A DNA stretch of 63,557 bases, the filler included, from Reticulomyxa filosa (Eukaryota > Protista > Foraminifera), in NCBI GenBank assembly GCA_000512085.1. It is 14 parts of 14 records of this genome, joined end to end, with 100 filler letters (N's around TTAATTAATTAA, not from the genome) between each part and the next. Parts side by side here need not be neighbours in the genome. Positions count along the whole stretch, not along the records: positions 22,990 to 24,046 come from ASPP01019297.1; positions 24,147 to 25,715 come from ASPP01013082.1; positions 25,816 to 39,690 come from ASPP01009739.1; 11 more parts are not named here. One strand, given 5' to 3'. The notes beneath the pieces are model-generated. The model ran no database searches, was not told the DNA's origin, and saw nothing but the letters and a program-made list of their open reading frames with translations. The translations under genes were made by a program, and so were the position numbers. Below are positions 22,890 to 36,804 of this stretch, piece by piece (the first letter of the stretch is position 1; each line of letters begins with the position of its first letter).

Positions 22890-24146
22890 NNNNNNNNNNN
22901 NNNNNNNNNNNNNNNNNNNNNNNNNNNNNNNNNTTAATTAATTAANNNNNNNNNNNNNNNNNNNNNNNNNNNNNNNNNNNNNNNNNNNNATTTTTATTTT
23001 CTTAATTTTTGATAAAATTTAATTAATTTAATTTTTAATTTTAATTAATAATGATAATGATAATTCACTTCCCAACTTCAGCATTTTCCTATTCAGATGA
23101 AATTTCATAAATGATTCACTTTAAATTCATTCTTGAGATTGCAGAATGGCCCCTGATTTTTCATAACGAAAAATATATACAATTTGCATATTCTTTTAAA
23201 TAACTGCACAAACATTTGCTATTGCCATTCAAACCAATATTTCAAACTTCACTGCTTATCTTTCAAATATTTTACTCAAATCAATGAAAACAAATACACA
23301 TGTAACACTTACAATGGATAATGCCCATTTAGAAGTACGTAGATCATTTTACACAGACTACGTGCACAACAAAATGGTAACATACTATCTATGTAGCAAA
23401 AGAGAAACATTATTTATATTTAATGATTTGATATTGGTGATCACTCTATACAATATATTTATGCAGTTTGCAGTTTGAAAATAAACATTAATCAGATGAA
23501 AAGAAAGAATATATAAACTTGAGAATATCCGAACCTTTCCAAATAACGGCCGTCGTCAGCATAAGAAGGTTGTAAGCGTCATAACTGTTACTTCAGTATC
23601 TACTCTTCTGTTAACGCGGTCTCACTGCCGGTAACAGCAAGGGAGAGACTCTATTGTATCCATCTGCAGATGGGCACTGCCACCAATCCTGCAAGTGTGA
23701 GTTGTTCGATGATACCTTTACGCAAACTTTCAACGACGATGATATCGCCGTTGATGTGGCCCATGTTTGCTGACATCATCGATTCACCTATCGCACGTCT
23801 TGTTGCGAAGATTTGTTGCAACGTAGTAAGTGCTGACAGCTGACTTGAATAGCTCCAATGTAACACAGAAATCCATTATTCCACATTATAATATCTACCA
23901 TAAATAACCAAAATGATACATGACCCCATAATCACGATATCTTCGATCCTGATTGTTTCACAGCTTCAAAATTTCAGCTTTCAAAATAACTAAAACGAAA
24001 AAGTTTGTTTAACTTTGCTGGAACGAAATTGACACAAAATAAACAANNNNNNNNNNNNNNNNNNNNNNNNNNNNNNNNNNNNNNNNNNNNTTAATTAATT
24101 AANNNNNNNNNNNNNNNNNNNNNNNNNNNNNNNNNNNNNNNNNNNN

Positions 24147-25715
24147 GTGTGTGTGTGTGTGTGTGTGTGTATTGGGTTGTAATGTGAAGCATCCATCGAC
24201 AGCACCTTTGAGAATTGACATTAGTGCCACTGACATACATGTCGGCCACAAACTGGCGGTAGAGACGCCACAGACACCCGAGACGCCTGCGTGCGTGGTG
24301 CAAGGAGATGGGAACTATGGCCACGGCCATGGCGACAACCACACCAACCATAGCGGAGAAGGGGACAATACCAATGACGACGACGACGATGACGACGACG
24401 AAGAAACCATATCGGGCACTGGACAAATAAAACAGATGCTGCTGCGGTCTATACCCAGGCCAACTGTGCACCGTCGAAGCCACACCATCAGCCAAGATCA
24501 CGACATTGAAGATATCTCCAATCCCAGTCTCAAACATCACAGCCATTCCAATTACGTCCCTGTGCAGACCCAACACCACAATACCAATAATAACAATAAC
24601 AATAATAACAATAACAATAACAATAACAATAATAACAATGGCAATAATAACAATAACAACAGCAATGACAATAAAAAGAAAAGCAAAAAAAGGGGCAGCA
24701 CAGGCCATTTGATCGAAAAATCTGGAGACACAACACGTCGTGTCGATGGTTATTTTCTTTGCTCACATATATTTATATATACATATATGCATATATGTAC
24801 ATATTTAAAAATAAAATAAAATAAAATAAAATAAATGAATAAAAGGACGAAAACTTGGCATCGGTGTGTCAATATCCAACGAATATGTGAACCGTGAGGA
24901 GTATATGAAGCGACAGTACCCAACTCAATATCGAGATCGACATCGAGCATGGATCCAATGGACCCGACAACTGACCACTGTGGACAAAGAGTCGCTCTCG
25001 TCGATATGGTCGTTGATTGATTTTGCTCGAATGTCCTTGGGTCGTTATTGCGGTTGGCTGTGGTTTCCTCTCCAGTCCGGCTTTGGCTTTACCTCCACGA
25101 GTGTCACCAACAGACCGGAACAGGCTTATTACGATGAACAACAGGTTTTTTTTTTTTTTTTTTAGCTTTTACAAAATTTACATATATATGCATATATGTA
25201 CATATATGTTATAAAGAAAGTGGTATGGAGCAAAAAATATGTGCTGGCAATGGATTTCAATTTGTTTTTATTTGATCAAAGTATCAATCCACAAAACGTG
25301 CAAGACACATTGGAATATGAGCATTTGGTGTTGTCATTGGCGTGCATTCAAAAGATCATCCCGGATGAGCACAACGAATGTCAGTTTTATTTGCATATCC
25401 AGGACAACGCCAGCAGCCATTCCCCGCTTGCAAACGATGAAAAGCACCAGCACGACCGAAGTGCGCCCAGCAAGTACTTGCGATTTCGGTGTGATCACGA
25501 CCAGCAAAGGAACGAGTGGTGCAAGGAGTTGGAATACCAATGCGATATCATGCGGCAGTTGAAGAAATTGGCTTGCATCAAATTGGAATGTGCCGATGCC
25601 AATGGCTTATTATACCTTCCCATCCCAATCATCGCAAATGCAAGGCAGCCAATTATCCAACATTACGAAAACAATGGTATTGATATTGTATCCCTTTTTT
25701 TTTTTTTTTTTTTTT
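24147..25715 (+). CDS. PH-domain protein with poly-Asp and poly-Asn tracts (partial, spliced)
   Basis: YCGWLW (b1), VWSKKYVLAMDFNLFLF (b2-3), LSLACI, YLRFRCDHDQQRNEWCKEL (C-terminal helix with W). (AAT/AAC)n at ~24580-24670. Confidence 0.7.
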
Positions 25716-25834
25716 NNNNNNNNNNNNNNNNNNNNNNNNNNNNNNNNNNNNNNNNNNNNTTAATTAATTAANNNNNNNNNNNNNNNNNNNNNNNNNNNNN
25801 NNNNNNNNNNNNNNNAATAATAATAATAAAATAG

Positions 25835-27126
25835 AAATGTCCCACCTCCACCTTCGCAACCTCCGCCAGAGTATGTTGACGGCTACGACTCTGATGAAAG
25901 CATGTACGCGCCGCAGTTTGGACATCCCTTGAGCAATCGCAGCAACCGCATATTTTCACTGGACGACTCGATCTTGCGAGACTCGCAAAAGGACATGAAC
26001 GCGGCGTTTGAGGAGCTGAAGGCGGAAAAAGAGGCGAAGCACAACGCAGGGGAGCGAAAACAAAAGCAGAGACTGCGTCAAACGCAAGTGCAAGGCGCGC
26101 AAGCGCAGCTGCAAATTGGATTGCCCGACAAAGAAGGAGAGCTGACGGAGGCAGAGTTTTATAAAAAGTATTGGATTGAAGCGGGAAAGCTGGGCGAAGG
26201 GTCTTTTGCGCGCGTGCGCAAGATCACTCGAAAGCATGATCGAAGAGCTTTTGCGTTGAAAGTGATCAAAAAAGCTGGGAAAACGAAAGAGGATTTGGAT
26301 GCGTTGCAAAAAGAAATTGAGATTTTGAGAAAGCTGAATCATAAGAATGTGGTGCGATTGACCGATTGGGTGGAAACGAAAAAAAGAATTTATATGGTGG
26401 TCGAGTTTTGCAATGGCGGGGACGTATTCGAACGTATACTGAAACAGAAAACGTTTAGTGAATGGGAAGCTGGGCATGTGGTTCGACAAGTAGCCGAAGG
26501 GCTGGAACATATCCATTCCAAAGGCATTGTCCATCGAGATTTGAAACCGGACAATTTAATGTATTTTGGATAACTCTGCGAAAGCCGAAATTAAAATTAT
26601 CGACTTTGGATTGGCTGGGGATTGCTCCAAGTCCCCTTTGAGCACTCCTTGCGGTACTGCCCATTATGTTGCGCCAGAGGTGCTGTCTCAAACTCCGTAC
26701 AATACCCAAGCTGACATGTGGTCGTTAGGAGTCATCATTTATATGCTTTTGTGTGGATTCCCTCCGTTTTTTGACGCCTCTGGAAACCAAAAGCGCTTAT
26801 ATCAGTTGATTAAGTCCGCAAAGTTTCGATTCCCTAGTCCTTATTGGGATCACATTTCTGATCAAGTCAAGGACCTCATCAGGTCCCTGCTCGTTAAAGA
26901 ACCAAAGTCTCGAATGAGCGCTACGCAAGTGTTGGCCCATCCATGGGTGTCTGGCAAGGCCGCTAAGCAAGACATGGGCGATTTGTACATGGAACAAATG
27001 AAATTCTTCCAGTCCTCGAGGCATTTCACAAATATGAAACTTGGTCAAGAGGACACAAAAAAAGACGCAGAAAAAAAACCTCTCAACATTTTTGCAAAAC
27101 AAGAGTATAGCGTCTACAATGACTAA
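25835..27126 (+). CDS. CAMK-group (CaMK1-like) Ser/Thr kinase, 5' partial; one extra T at ~26565
   Basis: GEGSFARV, ALKVI, HRDLKPDNL, IIDFG, TPCGTAHYVAPE, DMWSLGV. Removing one T joins LMY to LDNSAKAEIKIIDFG. Confidence 0.93.
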
Positions 27127-27529
27127 AAAACTAGGCTCTAACAATTCAAGTCTTTTTCTCTTATTTTAGTTTATATTTGTGTGAATAGTAACCACCCAAA
27201 AGTAAACCGTTGTATATGTTTGTCCCTCCTTCTCTCAATGTACAATTGTGTTTGCTTATGTAACAAACATTTTATTTTCTGTGTTTTTTAACGTAGAAAC
27301 TCTCTTATATTTGATGCTTACAATGTTAGCTTCTGCCACACTCTACTTTTTTCTTCTTCTTCTTCTTCGCTTTCGCAAAAGATTCGCTTTTTTTTATTTT
27401 TGAAGAAAACTGCTAATAGTTGACATAATGCATGTAAATTTCCCTCGACATATATGATTTACTTTGAAAAGAAATGCAATTTTTTTTTTAAGTAAAAAAA
27501 AATTACAAATGATTCGGTGATACAACACA

Positions 27530-29465
27530 CTAATAAGCTCTCACTTGAAAAAAGTCAAATGCCAATGGTTGCTTTCGAAACAGTTTGTGCCGCAACAATC
27601 GTTGCAAATAGTTTTGCAATAAAACTCTTCTCTTTTCAATGAAGCACGGATTGAAATGATTTGTGAACAACTTCCAATGCTTTGGCGGCAACTTAGGGAT
27701 GCGTTCCACCATCTTTGTCACCAACACAAGCACATTGCATATACACAAACGTATTTTCATCAAAGAATCCAATCAAACAGTGAAAAAAGGGTGCACGTTA
27801 CAAAAACTCTGCAAGCTAGTCTTTTTTTTTTTGTTTGTTTGGTTAGGTCATTAATGGCATACATCTGGATGACTTCGTGCAATATCGTTATAAAGATTGT
27901 CGTGGAACTCAACAAAATCTTGATATCTTTTCAATACTATCAAAACATAGATATGACACGAAATAAAAGCAAATGGAATAATGTGTAATGTGACATATAC
28001 CAAAAAATACAACTAACCGACCCACTCAGCAAAAGATCGTCGATTATTCGAATTGAACAAATGAATTTGATAAATTGTATGTGCCTTTCTTAAAGTTTGT
28101 GCTTGCGGAATGAGCACGTTCGTGATTTCGTCACTCTTTGCGTTATGACCACATTGTATACATATGTTCATGGATTTATTATCAATTAGTCGCTCATGTA
28201 TTCAATATCATAGGGTTTAGGCAAGTGCAAATAAACAAACAAAAAAATCAAAAATGAAACTTCGTCAACGTCTTTCATCGCAATATTTGTGTACATATCT
28301 GACATGTTTTCTGAGCCAATACTCAAGTGTTTAGTTTCCACTTTCACATCTTTATCTTCGTTTTCATCTTCTTCCTTTGAATCATCATCATTGGCTCCAT
28401 TTTTTGTTTTGTTTTGTTTTGTTTTGTTAAAAAAAAAATAATTTTTTAAAATTGTATTGGATACTCACGTGTCCTCCCAATTGTCTATTATTTCAATCTT
28501 TTTATGTTGTGCTGATTGTAGAAGCAACTTACTGTAACTATGTGATTCCTCTTGTTCAGTTACATCACCGCCGTCCTCGTGTTCTTCTGTTCCCAAGTAG
28601 TTTTTTTGTATATATTATTATTATTATTATTATTAAATCATTTCCGCCGACCCAATCATCAAATACAATGTTGTTTTTTTTGTTTTTGAATAATGGCAAA
28701 AAAAAAATTATATATATATATATATGTATATAAATTACTTCAATGAAATATGCAACAACACCTGGGGTCAATAGCGTAATAAAGGGCTGCGCATATCGTA
28801 AATCCGGAATTTGTAAAATTCTGATCAAATAATTTTCCAACAGCGCACGCCGATTTTCCACAAAATCTTCTGTTTATTCATTCGTCGAGCGTTATATAAA
28901 TTTCTTCTCTACTTTAGTTATTGAAAAAAAAAAAAAAAAAACCAAAGTATACCATTAAAGTGATTTGTTAAAAATTTAATGTGCTTTTCTGGAAATGGTG
29001 GCAGCATTACTGAATTATCTGTGGCAAAAAAAAAAAAAAAAAAGGGAGTGGAGGGAAAAGAAGTTATGTTGTTTCGATCCTTGAGTGATTCAGTTTTTTC
29101 TACCTCTTTTTTTTTTTTTCTTAAAAAGTGATCAACAACTTTAAAAAAAAAAAATAAATTGCAATTCATGCATTTGAAAGTAAAAAGAGGTAGAAGGATA
29201 AAAAAAACGGTTAAAGCGTGCCTGAAGATTTTAGTCCTTCGACCAATCGCTGCATGGCTTGATGCAAATTGTAGAAAGATTCATAACGCAATAATCGGTT
29301 CCATCGAAATTTGTCGTTTGATACGTTCACTTCATACACTACCACATTCTCAAACACACTGAAACTAGGCACACGGACCTGAGTGATGTCGCAACCTTTT
29401 TGCAATGAACGAATCACTGATTCGCATCGGTTATCCTTATCTTGCACCAAATGTGGTGATGCCAT
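27530..29465 (-). CDS. Protein with two tandem PX domains, multi-exon; 3' end uncertain
   Basis: PX1: VYEVNV..LRYESFYNLH..LPPFPEK..FVENRRALLENYL. PX2: IYQIHL..KRYQDFVEFH..IPKLPPK..FIEKRRVLLQNYL. Both copies share (F)TNHFN. Confidence 0.85.
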
Positions 29466-30001
29466 TTGTCATTCAGTAATATATATATATATGCTCACTT
29501 ACAAGGAAAGAAAATTAATTACGCTGAACTCTGTTTTTTTAATTTTACACTAGAACTAATTTCAGAAAGTTTCAATTTAATTTAAGTATAATTTGATTAC
29601 GTTCAAGGAATTTGTTTGGTACCTATTTATATTTCCTTAAAATAAAGTAAACAGAAGAACAATATGCCGAGGTTCACATCTAGGTGCTACAAGCACACCA
29701 GACAAAATAATCTATGCACACATTTTAAATTTGTGCTTGAAATGCTTCGAGACATTATTCTGTAAAATATATCTTTCCATTAATTTGCTGTTTTTTTTCA
29801 CTAAGCTTTGCTTTGATTTGGAAGATTTTTTAAGAAAAATCTAATAATGCGAGAATTGATTCAAATTTCTAATCAATACTTTAAATAAAGAGATTTAGAT
29901 AGAAGAATTTTAAAAAGAAAAAAACAAATCAAACATTAAAACACAGAACTCTTCATAAAATGTATATTGCAAATTTTAGTGTCACCTTTCACTGTGTGCA
30001 A

Positions 30002-31015
30002 TTAGTTGGAATCTCCATTTTCAATTCTGCAAAAGGAATTTTGTTTAGTAGAAGGGATGTAAGTAATAAATGAGCCATTCGTGACAAATTCTCCAGGACA
30101 AATGACTTGGGTATCATTATACAAATATCGATATTCAGTGTGAGAGTCTGCCAAAATCAAGGTTGTGGGTGGTGGATAAAGCATCAAGGCATGATCAAAG
30201 TTGCACATGATCGGCCTGGTCGTCAAGGGCAAAGGACATAAATGGGCTTGATCCAATATTGTCCGAGCCAAGTGATGGCTAATATCAGTGCCTTGTTGTG
30301 GTTTCATATTGGGGACAATGACACATTTGCGACGCATCTTTTTTTTTGTTTGTTTGTTCGTCCATCGTCACATTTAACATTGGTACTGTGCCTTACAAAA
30401 AAAAAAAAAAAAAAAAAAAAAGACAAAAAACTTTTTGCAACAAATCGTCTCTGAAAATGACAATTTCTTGAGTGCAATAATAAATGCGACACGGATTGGA
30501 CGGGAAATGTACACGTAGTTTGGAGTGCAATTTTTTGGTTAAGGAGGGGGGAAAGCCGGGTTGAGGTAAGACATTGCCGACATTGGGATCATTGGGTCCA
30601 GGAATGAACACAAATTCGCTCGAGCTTACCAATTTCGGGTACTTGCAAATCAAGTCTGCTAAGTTGTCAAACAAGTTGGCCAAGCGCTTCATATCTTTTG
30701 CATTGCATCCAAGCCGTTCTTTGCTGAAGTTTCCCATCAACACAAACAGCGAAGGGAGAACACTTAACGAAGAATATCCATCAAACATTTTGGTCAGGTA
30801 GTCAATAATCTTTGATATTTTTTGTGTTTCCTTTATTTAAGAGTGACATCGAAAAGAGTACCACTACTATGCATATGATTTGATATATATATATATATGT
30901 ATATAGAACAAACTATGCATATTTTGCAATATGCATCTTAACTATGCTCTGATCTAAATACACGTTTGAAAGGAACACGAACATATTTGTTTCCTTCTTT
31001 TCGATTAGTTCCAGC

Positions 31016-31050
<35 letters not shown>

Positions 31051-31986
31051 GTGTGTGTTGGCTTTCTTTTCATAGGCATTTCTTTTTTTTTTTTTTTGTA
31101 ACGACAAAGAAGTAATAAAACTTTGTGTTTCTTTTCAAATGGAACAAAGTCCAAAATTGGAAACGTTTTGAGCGCGTCTTCTCTCGTTTGATAAGCTGGG
31201 GTCCCCAATGTGTTGGCTTTGAATATCCCGTCCTTGTTCATGGAACCTTGGGCTAACACATAGGACCCCCACGTGAACAGCCCCTCGTGCTTTGCCGCGT
31301 CTTTGATGTCAATTTTCACTGATCCGTTCAAATCTTGCAAAAACATACTCCCTTCTTCCAACTCGCACAACATCCCAAAGATACATACTTCGTCGTGTGT
31401 TCCCACCAACTCCGTCGTCCCTGTTATTGTTCTTTCCGTCTGTTTAAATGTCGACTTTGTAAACAACTTGTTTCGCAAGGTTCGTTGTAACAACACTTCG
31501 TATCTGTGTCGGTACATTGCCATTTGATCTTGTGCTCCTTCGTGAGTTGGCCCTTTGCTTATTGCCACAAATTGCTTTCCTACTCGCTTGTAAGAATATC
31601 GTGGCAGATCAAATGCGCTTTTTATTTGGACCTTTTCATAACTTTTTTTTTTTTAATACAAAAATATATATTTATATGTACACATACATACATGTGTATA
31701 AGAATAAAAAGTCAGCGAAAATTGCTAGAAAATACCTTGCTTGCTTCGTGTTTTGTTTAAATTGGTCAATAATTGGTCTCAAGTCCTCAAGCGAAACAAT
31801 TGGAGACGTGAGATTCCTCGTTACTACTAATCCGCTCACTTCATCTATTAGCTCCTCCACTGGTTTTTCGTCACTTCCATCTTTTTCTTCACATAGTTCC
31901 ATAATCCCCTTAAGAGCATCCTTTTGCAGTGACAGGCCTAATCTCTTGAATTTTTTGGTTATTTCACGGTTCAACTTAGAAGTCAT
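30002..31986 (-). CDS. POLE2: DNA polymerase epsilon subunit 2, multi-exon
   Basis: RYEVLLQRTLRN, LQDLNGSVKIDI, GLFT.GS.VLAQG, MFVFLSNVYLD, FVLMGNF, FVFIPGPNDP..LPQP, SNPCRIYYCTQEIVIFRDDL, TILDQAHLCPLPL..PI..FDHAL.LYPPP..LILAD. Confidence 0.95.
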
Positions 31987-32679
31987 GCCTCACTATTTGA
32001 TGGAAAAGGATACTACACCAGTGCTTTTTTCTTTTCTACTTTTTTTGTTGTATAAAATGTACTTTATTTCCAGTCTTTGAAATGAGTTCTGTAAAATGAA
32101 TCATATGACTTTTGAACCCTTCACATTCAGCGCATTCCATACTAAATCATTCAATGCTTCTTGTAATCCTTTGGCTTGCTTTGGCCAAATAGCATTCATT
32201 AATTTGATGCTCTTAGAATATTTGTAATCATTTAGAATGAAAATACTACAATAACTGGCGTTGCACATATTGCAACTATCTTTTCTTTAATGATCGGATT
32301 ATACATAGTATATTTCAGTTTACCTGGAAAATATTGATGCTAATAGCTGAATATAGTTTTTGATCCAACAATGTGTTTCCGCCATCTTTTCCTTTTCATC
32401 TTGTCTTTATGTATCTTTTATTTCCTTTTGAAATTTTTTGTTTTGTATAATGTATTTACTGGAATAATTTCCACGTGTTATTTTTGATTTCGTGCTTGTT
32501 GCGACAGTGAATTGTGTTCATTTTTTTGAACTACACAATTGATAATTTGAACATTCACAAACACAATTATCAGTCTTTCTTTTTTTCTGTTGTTCAGCTA
32601 GCTAAACTGTTACACATTGAATTTGAATAACAGATAGTACTTTGTTGAGCGAATGTTACCTTGATGTTATGTCATATAT

Positions 32680-34126
32680 CTGTAAAATGCAAAAGAATGT
32701 TGAAATCTAAAACGGTATCTTATATAGATTATTGATTTTATTCACGAAAACAACATAATATTTTTAAATATAATTTTGGTTTTTATTAAATATTTACTAA
32801 TTATTTCAATATTTTGTCCTTTTTTTTTCAGTTTAATATTTGAGATTTTCAATCATTTTGACTTTTTTTAAAAATGACTAAAAGAGTTTAGAATTTTAAC
32901 AGTGTTTGGTGTTGAACTATTGAGCCAGTAATGTAATTTGTGCATAGTTGCAAAAAATTTCATTTAAGTTATAAATGTACACGTAAATGGAAGCTTACGT
33001 TTAATGATGAAGGTGTTATTAAGAATAAGATAATAAAATGGTATTCGTTAAAAATATCAATTCTTTTTAAAATACTTTATCACTTATTTAGCTGTAGTGT
33101 ATTTAACAGTAACAATATTTGTAACAAGACGTTGGATTAACAATTATGCGTATGAAGATTATATTGGATGATATAACTTCTAATAGAATGTCTATTTTTG
33201 TACTTTTTTGCAAAAGCAAGTTTTGCATTCTTATTTTTTTCTGTTAAAAATAGCTTTTGATTATTGGAAAAAAGTACTTTTCTATGATGAAAGCAAATTA
33301 ATTTAAATAGTAGTTATTGAGTGTGTCATATTTTGAATATGACAATAGCACAACTTACCGAAAATACAATAATAAAAATTAGTTGAAGACTTATAATAGT
33401 GTTGTATTGATTTGAAGTGTTATGACATAGATTTTATGTAAAATTGATGAAGTAGTCAATGAATATATATACAAAGAAACATTCAAATCAAAAGAAGTAC
33501 TTTGAATTATAATGTGAAAAAATTGACAAAGATACTTGCATAAACTTAAAAATCAATGCTAGTGCGAATATAAGCGTTGTGCAATGCAAGTGGTGATTTA
33601 ACTAAATGATAATTTTTAATAAAAAATCACTAAAAAAAATTTTCAGTTATTGAGTTTTTGAATTAACTTAACTTGTTTGGCAATGGACAAAAAAAATGAA
33701 AAAAACTAATGATTAGTGACAAAGTAAATATTAGTAAAAAACAATCATGCCTTTACAATACAAACTTTGAAAATAACATTAAATTTTACAAAAAAAAATT
33801 TTTGAAAACAAAAAATCGAGTTTTCTCAAAAACTGTGCAGCGTAGAATGATAATTTTTTTCATATACTCGGAAAATGCTTTAAAAAAGTTAGCAAGTTTC
33901 ATTGATACGATACACCAGTATTGTCAACTTTTTCCCGAAAATTTTCAAAAATCAAATATTCAAATTTTTTAAACAATTAGTAAATACTTAATAAAAACCA
34001 AAATCATATTTAAAAAATACAATGTTTGTATTTTAAAAAATTTTATCTTGACGTTTTTTTATGAAGAAAATCAATTATCTTTATAAGATGCAGTTTTAGA
34101 TGTCAAATTTCTTTTGCATTATACTA
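32680..34126. mobile_element. Non-autonomous DNA transposon (~1.45 kb) with ~140-170 bp degenerate terminal inverted repeats
   Basis: 32680-32820 aligns with the reverse complement of 33960-34126 (ATGCAAAAGAA..TTGA.ATCTAAAAC.G.ATCTTATA.AGAT.ATTGATTTT...TTTTGGTTTTTATTAA.TATTTACTAATT). There is no internal transposase ORF. Confidence 0.7.
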
Positions 34127-34594
34127 AATTAATATCTTAAATATATTCTAATTTATCAATTCAAATCATCATTACTTCTTTTTTCTTATAATCTGGGTCA
34201 CTTAATAACATGAAATGTTATTATTCATTCAATTGTTCATAATTTCGTTAGTCTTCGCTGTTGCTATGATCTATAATTAACAGTAATTTCTTATTTTTTG
34301 TAATTTTGACAATTTCACAGTTTGCAAATTATCATCCAAATTTCGAGATAATCGAATTGGACTGTTTATATTAACATTAACATTGCATTCTGTCGAAAAT
34401 GAAACACCAATTTTGGAAGATATTCTTTCAATAGTCTGTTTTCTTCGCTTGTTCGCACGTTACAATGCTTTGTTCAGCTCATGAACAGACGATTTGATTC
34501 TATTCTCAGTGACATTGTTAAACTTTTAGTAACTTGTTCTAGTTTTTGCTGTTTTTTTTTTTAAATTTTGCTTCAGTATTGTTTATCCCGACAT

Positions 34595-34646
34595 AACTAT
34601 TTGACATTATCTTTGCTTAGTAAGCAAAAGATAATGTCAAATAGTT
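34595..34646. repeat. Near-perfect 52-bp palindrome
   Basis: AACTATTTGACATTATCTTTGCTTA-G-TAAGCAAAAGATAATGTCAAATAGTT; the arms differ by one base in a T/A run. Confidence 0.9.
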
Positions 34647-35656
34647 GAGTTTTTTTAAAATAGCAATTTGAAATTTTTTCAAAGTGTGTTGGTATTTTAA
34701 GAAAATATCGCTATATCATTAGATATGTTGCTAGAAAGTGTGTAATCAGTGACTTCAGTATGGTTATGTCAAAATCTTTATACAAAAGAGCTGTCGCTAG
34801 AAAGATAGCCAATTTAAGCATAAGAAAAGGTTCATGCTCGAGTTAAGTAAAATTGTTAGTTGGATATGATTTAACAAGTGCGAAAGCAGCAACAAATTTA
34901 AAAAAGGAATTATATGATAGTAAGAAATACAGTTTAGTACAAACTATAATAATAATGATTAAAAAGAAAACTAAACTTGGAAGAGACCAATATTATTTAT
35001 ATACTATTATGTTTACAAAACTATAAGAATTATGTCATAAATGATTTAAAGGAAGTTATCTTTCAGATTATACAACTATTTTCAGAAAGTGACAAAAAAA
35101 TAAATTATATATTTACATAAAAGATCAATGTTTTATTGACTCAACTTGTGTTTGTTTTGGTGAAAATACTGTTATGCATAATTATATGATTTCTGTTTTT
35201 TCTTTTGCTTACGCAGATACTTGAGTGACAAATCAAACTCAATAGTTATTAAAATTTCAATAACAAAACAGAAAAATTTTATTTATTACGACGCGGATAA
35301 CAATTTCAACGCAAATTCTATTTAAAAAATTACAATATAAATTTTGATCTTTAGAGCAACAGAAAAACAAATTTAAATTACAATGGCAATAAAAGCAAAC
35401 AATGAAAAAATGCAATAAATTCAAAAAATTAAAATTTGCAAAAATTCGTGATTGTGTTTAAAAAAAAAATTAGGCTTAAATGTTTGCTTTTCATTAAGAA
35501 AATCGATAATCTTCATTGTAGTATTTAGGAGTTCATTTTTTTTCAATATCTATTATCAGTAGTTTTATGTCAATAGAGTTTAAATTATACATAATAACTT
35601 GTATTTCGTCAACCAAAAAGAGAAAAAAATTCAACTGCTTTTGAGTTTTGTAAATA

Positions 35657-36804
35657 ATGAGCAGACACCCAGTCTTTGGAGCTAATTTTGTAAAAATTAC
35701 AAAAGTAAAAACAAAACTCTTTCTCAGAATTTAATATTTGACCAAGATCATGTGGACATTAGTGCCAGTGCGGTATGTTTTTGAAGAAAAAATGTTCATT
35801 GAGGTTGCAAGCTTTTTGGCTTTAGTGGAAAAAGAGAATATTCTTTTACGTTTTGTTGTAGAGTTTTAAACAATTATCCTTAAAATGTATTGTATATTTG
35901 ATATTTCTTACAAAATCTGTGGGGTCGTTGGACGGCAAAAGCACTCCTTGGGTGCTCACTATTCCAACACACTTTTCTGGGTGTCAACTACTTTTGAACA
36001 CATTAGAGCCACATCAAGTCAATTCAGGTCAGATAAGCGAAGACGCCAATATTTTCATTCTTGCCCCTGAGAAAATAGATTTCGTTGGTGTCAGTCCAGA
36101 AAGCAATACAATGGCCCCGATTACATCAAACGATCGTGAATGGCAAGCAAACAAAATTGGAACTTGCTCTATTCCAACGAATGATATTGAAAGAAGCAAG
36201 AATTTGCATTGGTCTTTTGTTCAGCTTTGTGACAAAGCAATTGCCCAGGAAAACACTGTGGAACATAAAATAAGAAATGAAAACACCTGCAATGAACACA
36301 ATAATAAGACAGCGATTATTAATATGTCCAAACCAGGAGTGACGTCGTTGAACATGATCATACCAGATCAGCAACAGTCACACGGCCAAATAAGTACTGT
36401 AATTGGCTCGAAATTGATAAGTAGGCCGATGGAAAGTGGTATGAGAGTTGGCCCAGAGCGAAACCGTAGACATTATTGTATGTGGTGCCACGTCTCTTAC
36501 GCTCGTAAAAAAGATCTCAAAAGACATTTGCGAGTACATGATCCAAACACTCCGGGGTGCACAATTTGTGGCAAGAAATTTGCACGTTTATCCTATTTGC
36601 AGGATCATATCCGGACACACACAGGAGAAAAACCATTTCAATGCGACACATGTGGTAAACCTTTTTCCTGCAAACGCAATTTATATCAGCATTTAAAAGT
36701 TTAGAAACCAAATAGCAAGATAAACAAATTTAAAAAAAATCTTTTGGACATAAATATCATAGGTTCATACCAACAAGAAAAAATTAAAATGCTTCCCTGT
36801 ATAG
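35657..36804 (+). CDS. C2H2 zinc-finger protein (3 fingers), paralogue of 4212-5447; 5' exons tentative
   Basis: CMWC..HLRVHDP, CTIC..HIRTHTGEKPF, CDTC..CKRNLYQHLK. Intron 36699-36762 then VHTNKKKLKCFPV*. Confidence 0.85.

Noticed and set aside
22990-24046. Short ORFs in the 1-kb contig
   Set aside because: Interrupted by stops with no recognisable family; likewise 6365-7295, 32040-32520 and 48790-49620.
24091-24708. Minus-strand Ile/Val-rich ORF resembling a membrane protein
   Set aside because: It is the antisense reading of the poly-Asn and poly-Asp codons of the PH-domain gene.
26555-26575. Frameshifts in the kinase, methyltransferase (~46128), syntaxin (~59780), etfB (~11400) and GNAT (~10247) as programmed frameshifting or RNA editing
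   Set aside because: All are single-base indels, nearly all in homopolymer runs, and they occur in both eukaryotic and bacterial contigs. This is the signature of sequencing error.
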